Below are positions 18,169 to 24,536 of a stretch of 58,603 nt of DNA, piece after piece (the first letter of the stretch is position 1; every line of letters starts with the position of its first letter). A model generated the notes under the pieces. That model saw nothing but the letters and a program-made list of their open reading frames with translations, was not told the origin of the DNA and did not search any database. Made by a program: the position numbers and the translations under genes. This DNA is from Euryarchaeota archaeon UBA170. GTDB lineage: Archaea > Thermoplasmatota > Poseidoniia > Poseidoniales > Thalassarchaeaceae. The stretch lies in assembly GCA_002499345.1 (NCBI GenBank), contig DALF01000050.1, positions 14,923 to 73,525 on the forward strand, written 5' to 3'.

Positions 18169-19193
18169 TGCACAAGACTGTAAGAATGAGAGTGGGCGGG
18201 CCATTGATTAGAATGGCACCTGTTGGAATCATCGGAGTTGGCTCATACGTCCCGCCGCATGAAATGAGTAATGATGATTGGTCGGAAATCGTGGATACTA
18301 GTGACGAGTGGATTACTACCAAGACCGGTATGAAAAAAAGGAGGATTGCCGACCCCAGTACATGTACGTCTGACTTAGCCGTTGAGGCCTGCAGAGTGGC
18401 ATTAGAAAACTCTGGACTAACGGCCTCCGATATCGATTTGATAATACTGGCAACTTCTTCGCCAGATGTCCCTATGTCTTCGACGGCCGGGATAGTCCAG
18501 GATAAGCTAGGTTGCTCCGATTGTGTTGCTTTTGACATCAATGCGGTATGTGCTGGTTGGGTTCACGCACTGGATATAGGTTCTAGATTTGCAGGGACAG
18601 CAGGTTATGAAAATGTACTGGTTGTCGGATCCGAGGTATATTCGAGGATCCTGAATTGGAAAGATCGTTCGACTTGTGTACTGTTTGGGGATGGCGCGGG
18701 AGCTGTGGTACTTTCCCAAGTACCAGAGGGGAAGGGAATTATTGGATCGTGGATGATGAGCGATGGTTCTGGATCTAGTGTTATTGAGATTCCAGCAGGA
18801 GGGGTCAGAACTCCGATCCCCAGTGAGGGTTTCAAAGAGGGGATGCAATACTTTCACATGGATGGGAGGGCTGTTTGGGACTTTGCGATCGAAGCGTTTC
18901 CTCAAGCCGTGTTATCAGTTCTCGAAAGATATGGCAAAACTATAGATGAGGTTGACCTTATTCTACCTCATCAGGCTAACATAAATATCATTGAGAAGGG
19001 AATGGAAAAGCTAGGACTTCCCATGGACAGGGCGTTCACGAATCTCCATAAGTATGGAAATACAGCTGGAGCGAGTGTCCCTATTGCTATGCACGAGGCA
19101 TTCGAAGAAATGAAGATAGTAGAAGGGGATCTAGTCGTCACCGTTGCATTTGGTGGTGGCTTGGCATGGGGCGCTAATCTCATTCAGTTCTAG
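18168..19193 (+). CDS. fabH: 3-oxoacyl-ACP/CoA synthase III (FabH-like KAS III)
   Basis: GSYVPPHEMSNDDWSEIVDTSDEWITTKTGMKKRR, NAVCAGWVHAL (Cys), LPHQANINII (His), YGNTAGASVPIAM (Asn). The maximal ORF starts at 18150. ATG 18168 forms TGATG with the ALDH stop. ATG 18213 is also possible. Confidence 0.85.
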   Translation: MHKTVRMRVGGPLIRMAPVGIIGVGSYVPPHEMSNDDWSEIVDTSDEWITTKTGMKKRRIADPSTCTSDLAVEACRVALENSGLTASDIDLIILATSSPDVPMSSTAGIVQDKLGCSDCVAFDINAVCAGWVHALDIGSRFAGTAGYENVLVVGSEVYSRILNWKDRSTCVLFGDGAGAVVLSQVPEGKGIIGSWMMSDGSGSSVIEIPAGGVRTPIPSEGFKEGMQYFHMDGRAVWDFAIEAFPQAVLSVLERYGKTIDEVDLILPHQANINIIEKGMEKLGLPMDRAFTNLHKYGNTAGASVPIAMHEAFEEMKIVEGDLVVTVAFGGGLAWGANLIQF

Positions 19194-22100
19194 TTGACAG
19201 GGCCCCAAGACCCAGTGGACTGGTTGAATGAGAGGATTGATCCATCTGGATTCTGACAGTACACATTACCCGTATTGTCAACCCAAACAAGTTGCCCGTT
19301 TTCGTTCATCTTAGCGTCACTGGGAGGCTTTGGTTCGGTTCTTCCTCCATCTGAAGGGAGAGATGTAGAGCTGGGGACGGAGACATTTGAGTATATTTTG
19401 GACTCATTAGTTACCTCGCCGGAATCATTGGATTGAGAGAATAATGACTGCTCTTTTTCTCCTCTTCTCCTGACAAAGAGTAAACCTCCGAGAGAACCGA
19501 TCACTACCACAGAAATCAGTGCTACTAAGATTAGCATTGTTGTTGATTCCTCGGCTACCTGCCTATCAGGGTCGTTTGGGAATGCATCTCCATTGTCTCC
19601 TACGCCATCTAGGTCTGAGTCCAACCACTCAAATGGATTCAGGGGGAAGTCATCTACGCCATCCATGAATCCGTCATCATCAGAATCCGGATCGGTAGCA
19701 CTGGTATTTCTCGCATCTTCCTCCATATCAGATGAGCCGTCATTGTCATCATCAGAATCTGAGTTGTCCCCTACGCCATCCAAATCATTATCATTCCACT
19801 CAGTCGAATCTAGTGGGAGGGCATCTAGTAAATCAGGGAATCCATCATTGTCATCGTCATCATCCTCTTCAGAATCCTTACAGCCGTCTGAATCGTTGTC
19901 GGTATCCACTGTGCTGGTCCACCCTACTAGACCCAGTGTACACCCGTCGACGATATCGTTAATTCCATCACCGTCATCATCCAAATCCACTTCATCATGG
20001 AGTCTATCTCCATCTGAGTCTAGAAGGCAATCATCGACCGATGTAGAGGATTCTTGCAGGGTAATCATATCCTCTGGACAAGATTCTGTAGCTATACTTC
20101 GTGCCGATGTTACAAACTGATCGAATGGGGCGGGGGCCTGTTGGGCCTGCCCCTTTTCGGATACGAAGAATCCTGGGTCTGCATCTATGCATGTAGATTG
20201 GCCCGAGGATGGCTGGTAAGTTCCCTGCAGACATTCTTCTTGTGACACTGATGCTTCAGACGAAGTGAAGAACCCTGGGTTCGTATCTAGGCAAGTGGTT
20301 TGTCCAGGGGATGGCTGATAAGTTCCAGACAAACATGGATTCTGCTCATTGGAGCCTTCAGAGAGTACGTAGTGACCTGGTTCGGATGAAATACAGGAAA
20401 TCTGCCTAGTCTGATTCTGATAGCTCCCCGGTGAACACGGAGTCTGCCCGGAAGAACCGGGAGAGGAGACATAGTGTCCCTCATCTGATTCTAGGCAATC
20501 TGACTGGCTTGTTGCTGATTCGTCGGGATTGTAAGTTCCCACGGGACATGGATTTTGAGAAGTGGACATTTCGGAGTCTACATAGAAGCCCGGATCAGCA
20601 TTGATACAATTTTGCTGGCCCATTGAAGGTTGATACTCTCCTGCCTGACATTCTTGTTGGCCATCTTCTCCTGATAATTCGACAAAATGCCCAGGATCTG
20701 CCTGCAAGCATGATACTTGCCCGGCATAAGGCTGATACTCGCCCGGAGAACATAGATTCTGGTAAGACGCTCCGAGAATTGCTGAGTAGTTGCCCGGATC
20801 AGCTTCGAGACAAGCCGCGGAGCTATTTGCCCTGGATACTGGATTATAGGTCCCAAGGGAGCAGGGAATCTGGGTAGAAGATGCGTTGCTATCTGTGTAG
20901 TACCCGGGACTGGCCTCTAGACATTCAGAGAGTCCGACCTGATTGGCCCAATAACCAGGAGGGCAGGGAGAAGCGAATATGGCCCCCCCTGAGCCGACAA
21001 AGTAGCCTGGAGGAGCCGGAGTGCAAGAAACCTGTCCAGACATAGATTGGTAGAACCCAGGAGTGCAGGGGATCTGGTAAGATGAGGCATTGGCGGGGAC
21101 CGCATGCCCCGGGTCCGCATCAAGGCAAGATTGGGAACTATTGGCCGCGCCCGCTGGATTGTATGTGCCAGCGAGGCAGGGAGTCTGTGTGGTGGACCCT
21201 GCCTGTTCTACGTAGTGTCCAGGATCTGCGTCTATACAATCTGTTGCCGCGAAAGAAGGCTGGAAAGATCCGGGCTGGCAAGGTGTTTGCGAGGAAGACG
21301 CATTCGATGGGACATGGTTTCCAGGGGTCGCCAGCAGGCACAGTGTCTGATTCGAAGACGGCTGATAGAAACCGGGATCACAGGCTATTTGTGAGGTGCT
21401 TGCAGTCCCAGGCACGACATACCCCGGAGATGAAGATAGGCAGGATTGCTGAGCAGACAGTGGCTGATAATATCCCGGATCGCAGGGGATTTGGGATGTC
21501 GAGCTATAGTTAGGGACGTAATATCCGGAAGAGGCATCAATACACGAGGTGGAGCCATTAGAAGGCTGATACTCCCCGGGTGAGCAGGCGGCCTGACTGA
21601 CGGACCCGGATGAGAATACATAGAATCCAGGATCTGCTACCAGACAGCTAATTTGGGCAAATGAGGGCTGATATTTCCCAGGGGAACATTGAGTCTGTGA
21701 AGTAGCTCCTGGATTGGCGACAAAATTACCCGGTAAAGCAGGAGTCTGGGATGTGGCGCCGGATTGAGATACATAGTATCCTTGTTGAGCGCTTAAACAC
21801 GACGATTGTCCTGTTAGAGGTTGATAATTGCCAGGAGTGCATAGCTCCTCAGATGTCGCGCCGACACTAGAGACATATCTGCCAGTAGAAGCAGAATCGC
21901 ATGAACCGCTACCAGTTTTTGCCTGATACGTTCCTAGCTGACACTGGAAGAATCCGACTTGAATCTCTGCGTCTATTGACTCTGATTGATTACCTATAGT
22001 GGAGTCGTCGATGATTGACTTCAGAGTAAGTGTAAATGTATAATCCCCGGAGCTTGAATTATTGGGAGTAACTGAAATCAGTAATATCGAAGAACTATTG

Positions 22101-24418
22101 AAGGGCGTTCCAATCGTACTTACGCTTGCTACATCCCCTCCTAGTGTCGAGTTATTTGACGTAGAAATAAAGGACATGGCCAACGAAGAATTGTAGTAGT
22201 ACAAGCTAACACTAAAGTCCCCATTGAGATTTGAATTGGTGAGATTGACTGAAACAGTAGTATCTCTTGGGACGAATATAGAGAATAAATCACCGGAGTC
22301 ATTGGACCATGAATAGTTCCCAATTTCCCCGTCATAAGTAGCACTTCTAGACTGAAGTGGAGTGGGATGTGAATCATCCGCATCCCCATATTGATTGTTC
22401 GTATAATTTCCCACTGGAGAGGGAGTACAAGATGACTGTGCGAGATCATTCTGGTAGAACCCTGGATCGCAATGTTGCTGAACAGAAGATGATTCTTCAT
22501 CGACGAAATACCCGCTCGATGCCTCATAGCACAGAGATTGCCCCTCCTCAGGTTGATAATTTCCTGTTGTGCAACTTTCATGGAAAAGGGAGCCTTGCAA
22601 AGAGAAATGGCCAGTGGATGAGTTCTGACAGGATAATCGTCCCCATTGGCCGTCTGGACAGCTTACCCATCTGGCTGGATTATCTGGAAAATCATCCATT
22701 GATGAATTGAACCCATCACCATCGGTATCGTCACCGATATCCAAATCCAGAACGTTACGGGTTCCATCTCCATCGAGGTCCTGCTCAGAGTATCCAATTG
22801 ATTCTCCAAGAGTGGAGTTATTGAAGTCCATCAGATATGGTACGAGGATATCATTTGAGGTTCCATCAAATTCTCCAGATTGACCGCCCCAACAGAACAG
22901 AGAGTAGCTCTGATTTATCGCACATGTGGATTCGATACCAGTTACTAATGCTATGGCCGGAGATGGCATAAGGACGTACGAGGGAACGTTTCCATCCGTT
23001 CCTGAGCAATTGCTGGAACTGGAGCTACAAGTTCCATCTCCCCACTGCCCATGGGTATTAACTCCCCAGCAATTGATCGACCCATTGTCCATCAATGCAC
23101 ATGTGTGCCAGTTAGTACCATCAATATCGGATGCTGTCCTGCCAGTTGGTAACTGAATATCGGTTGATGAACCTGTTACAGAGCCACCCTGAGTTGAGAC
23201 TGTGTAGGCCTTGCCCCAACAACTGATCGACCCATTATCAAAAATAGCACATACGCTATATCCGGGAGTTGCCAATGAGGAAGCCCTAAGGCCCGTTGAG
23301 TGATTGGCCAAGACTGGTGAGTTCCTACTAGTGGTGGTGCCATCACCTAGATTTCCAAAACCATTGAATCCCCAGCACTTGATTTCACCGGTATCTAGAA
23401 TTGCACAGGTGAAATCATTTCCCGCTGAAACAGAAATCGCTGTTCTGTTTACCCCTAGGTCAACTGGAACGGGGGAGTTTCTGTTAACGTTTGAGCTATC
23501 CCCTAGTTGGCCGTGATTATTCCTTCCCCAGCAATTTAGAGATGCATCGTCCAGAATTGCGCAATTGTGATAGTTTCCGTTTGAAATAGCAACTGGCACA
23601 CGAGTTCCGAAGTCCACCGTCCCATTGCTTAGGGAATTAGAGCCGACTCCGAGTTGTCCGTAGGTATTTGACCCACTGCATCTAAGTGTCCTATTGTACA
23701 GTATTGCACAGTCCCCTGCAATTGAAATCACTTCATCGTTGATGACTTCTGAACCTCCAGTACTGTTGAAACTAACTGTGCTCCCATTGGATAGGACTAG
23801 TGTAGGAGATCCAGTATCTAAGTCCAGAACTGAGTGGCTGAAGACTGATCCCCTATCTGTGCCTGGTTGATTGAAACCAAGATTGTTTATCTGAGCTGGC
23901 GAGGGGGATGATGACGCTTCGCTAAGTGTCCATGAGTCTGTCCCCCATGAGTCTCCAGAAGTGCCCCCATTTCCATTAACTAGGTTTACGGCCAGATAGA
24001 ATACCACATCTCCAGAACCCGTTATGGGGGCTGTCCAGTCAACCGACCATGCCCTAGAATTGGAGTTTGAATGAGTGACCTCGCCTGAGGATAACCGAGC
24101 ATTCGGACCTGGATTAGAGAATACTCCCAGATTAGAATCCAGATTGAATCCACCGCTGGTACCACTCGGTCCACCAGAGGCGCTTACTGAAAGAGAATAT
24201 GTAATTCCCGGAGTATATCCTGATGAAGGAGTTCCTGAAAGTGCAGGGGTGACTGTTGGAGAGGTTGAGGAATGGCAAAATCCAGCTCCACATCCATCGG
24301 TAGAACCGGTTCTCCCGGAGCTGTTGGCAAATGCTGTTTCTGGCACAGCCATAAGCAAAAGCATCAGAAAGGTTCCCACAATAATTACTCTAGTTTTCAT
24401 TCCACTCTCTCCTGCCAT
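19190..24418 (-). CDS. giant (1742 aa) type-I surface protein: N-terminal C-x4-CH module, RCC1-like propeller, PPC-like domain, about 20 Cys-repeat units, TSP3-like acidic Ca-binding repeats, TM, cytoplasmic tail
   Basis: Signal peptide VIIVGTFLMLLLMAVPETAFA. RCC1-like blades (YGQLGVGS, CWGRNNHGQLGDSS, CWGFNGFGNLGDGT, CWGVNTHGQWGDGT). Repeats C.PG.YQP...Q.SC...PG.YV. DxDxDG runs (DSDGDRLHDEVDLDDDGDGINDIVD). TM MLILVALISVVVIGSLGGLLFV. Confidence 0.85.
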   Translation of the reverse strand: MAGESGMKTRVIIVGTFLMLLLMAVPETAFANSSGRTGSTDGCGAGFCHSSTSPTVTPALSGTPSSGYTPGITYSLSVSASGGPSGTSGGFNLDSNLGVFSNPGPNARLSSGEVTHSNSNSRAWSVDWTAPITGSGDVVFYLAVNLVNGNGGTSGDSWGTDSWTLSEASSSPSPAQINNLGFNQPGTDRGSVFSHSVLDLDTGSPTLVLSNGSTVSFNSTGGSEVINDEVISIAGDCAILYNRTLRCSGSNTYGQLGVGSNSLSNGTVDFGTRVPVAISNGNYHNCAILDDASLNCWGRNNHGQLGDSSNVNRNSPVPVDLGVNRTAISVSAGNDFTCAILDTGEIKCWGFNGFGNLGDGTTTSRNSPVLANHSTGLRASSLATPGYSVCAIFDNGSISCWGKAYTVSTQGGSVTGSSTDIQLPTGRTASDIDGTNWHTCALMDNGSINCWGVNTHGQWGDGTCSSSSSNCSGTDGNVPSYVLMPSPAIALVTGIESTCAINQSYSLFCWGGQSGEFDGTSNDILVPYLMDFNNSTLGESIGYSEQDLDGDGTRNVLDLDIGDDTDGDGFNSSMDDFPDNPARWVSCPDGQWGRLSCQNSSTGHFSLQGSLFHESCTTGNYQPEEGQSLCYEASSGYFVDEESSSVQQHCDPGFYQNDLAQSSCTPSPVGNYTNNQYGDADDSHPTPLQSRSATYDGEIGNYSWSNDSGDLFSIFVPRDTTVSVNLTNSNLNGDFSVSLYYYNSSLAMSFISTSNNSTLGGDVASVSTIGTPFNSSSILLISVTPNNSSSGDYTFTLTLKSIIDDSTIGNQSESIDAEIQVGFFQCQLGTYQAKTGSGSCDSASTGRYVSSVGATSEELCTPGNYQPLTGQSSCLSAQQGYYVSQSGATSQTPALPGNFVANPGATSQTQCSPGKYQPSFAQISCLVADPGFYVFSSGSVSQAACSPGEYQPSNGSTSCIDASSGYYVPNYSSTSQIPCDPGYYQPLSAQQSCLSSSPGYVVPGTASTSQIACDPGFYQPSSNQTLCLLATPGNHVPSNASSSQTPCQPGSFQPSFAATDCIDADPGHYVEQAGSTTQTPCLAGTYNPAGAANSSQSCLDADPGHAVPANASSYQIPCTPGFYQSMSGQVSCTPAPPGYFVGSGGAIFASPCPPGYWANQVGLSECLEASPGYYTDSNASSTQIPCSLGTYNPVSRANSSAACLEADPGNYSAILGASYQNLCSPGEYQPYAGQVSCLQADPGHFVELSGEDGQQECQAGEYQPSMGQQNCINADPGFYVDSEMSTSQNPCPVGTYNPDESATSQSDCLESDEGHYVSSPGSSGQTPCSPGSYQNQTRQISCISSEPGHYVLSEGSNEQNPCLSGTYQPSPGQTTCLDTNPGFFTSSEASVSQEECLQGTYQPSSGQSTCIDADPGFFVSEKGQAQQAPAPFDQFVTSARSIATESCPEDMITLQESSTSVDDCLLDSDGDRLHDEVDLDDDGDGINDIVDGCTLGLVGWTSTVDTDNDSDGCKDSEEDDDDDNDGFPDLLDALPLDSTEWNDNDLDGVGDNSDSDDDNDGSSDMEEDARNTSATDPDSDDDGFMDGVDDFPLNPFEWLDSDLDGVGDNGDAFPNDPDRQVAEESTTMLILVALISVVVIGSLGGLLFVRRRGEKEQSLFSQSNDSGEVTNESKIYSNVSVPSSTSLPSDGGRTEPKPPSDAKMNENGQLVWVDNTGNVYCQNPDGSILSFNQSTGSWGPVN
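20144..21946 (-). repeat. in-frame tandem array of about 18 units of roughly 32-33 codons (Cys-repeat, GCC2/GCC3-like) inside the giant surface-protein gene
   Basis: Protein residues about 825-1425 repeat the pattern C-x-(P/A/L/V)-G-x-(Y/F)-(Q/N)-P-x4-5-(S/D)-C-x3-(D/S)-PG-x-(Y/F/H)-V-x6-9-Q-x-x. Examples: CSPGEYQPSNGSTSCIDASSGYYV, CDPGFYQPSSNQTLCLLATPGNHV, CLQGTYQPSSGQSTCIDADPGFFV. The units have diverged at nucleotide level. Confidence 0.8.
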
Positions 24419-24536
24419 ATGCCGTCAATTCCTGTATTGGCCATATCAAAGATATTTGTCGGACTTGTCCGATGGCCTCTGTAACAATTTGCATAGCGCT
24501 TCTATTGGCAATATGACTATTCCTACCACACGAGCT

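Noticed and set aside
16749-18173. Minus-strand ORFs 16749-17327, 17618-17887 and 17730-18173
   Set aside because: They are antisense to the aldehyde dehydrogenase gene, which has canonical catalytic motifs.
12037-19193. Reading the cassette as a lux-like bioluminescence operon (LLM plus flavin reductase plus ALDH-superfamily enzyme)
   Set aside because: There is only one LLM gene (no LuxA/LuxB pair) and no LuxD or LuxE equivalents. The ALDH has the ordinary oxidising ELGGKN/GQVC signature rather than a LuxC-type acyl-CoA reductase. The resemblance is superficial.
19574-20023. Periodic GAT/GAC-rich nucleotide pattern that could be mistaken for a simple-sequence or CRISPR-like repeat
   Set aside because: It is in frame within the giant gene and encodes DxDxDG calcium-binding-type repeats. 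There is no repeat-spacer structure.
19593-20120. 175-aa Ser-rich plus-strand ORF and neighbouring short ORFs
   Set aside because: This is the reverse-complement reading of the Asp-rich (GAT/GAC) TSP3-like repeats of the giant gene. Poly-Ser arises from antisense ATC/GTC runs.
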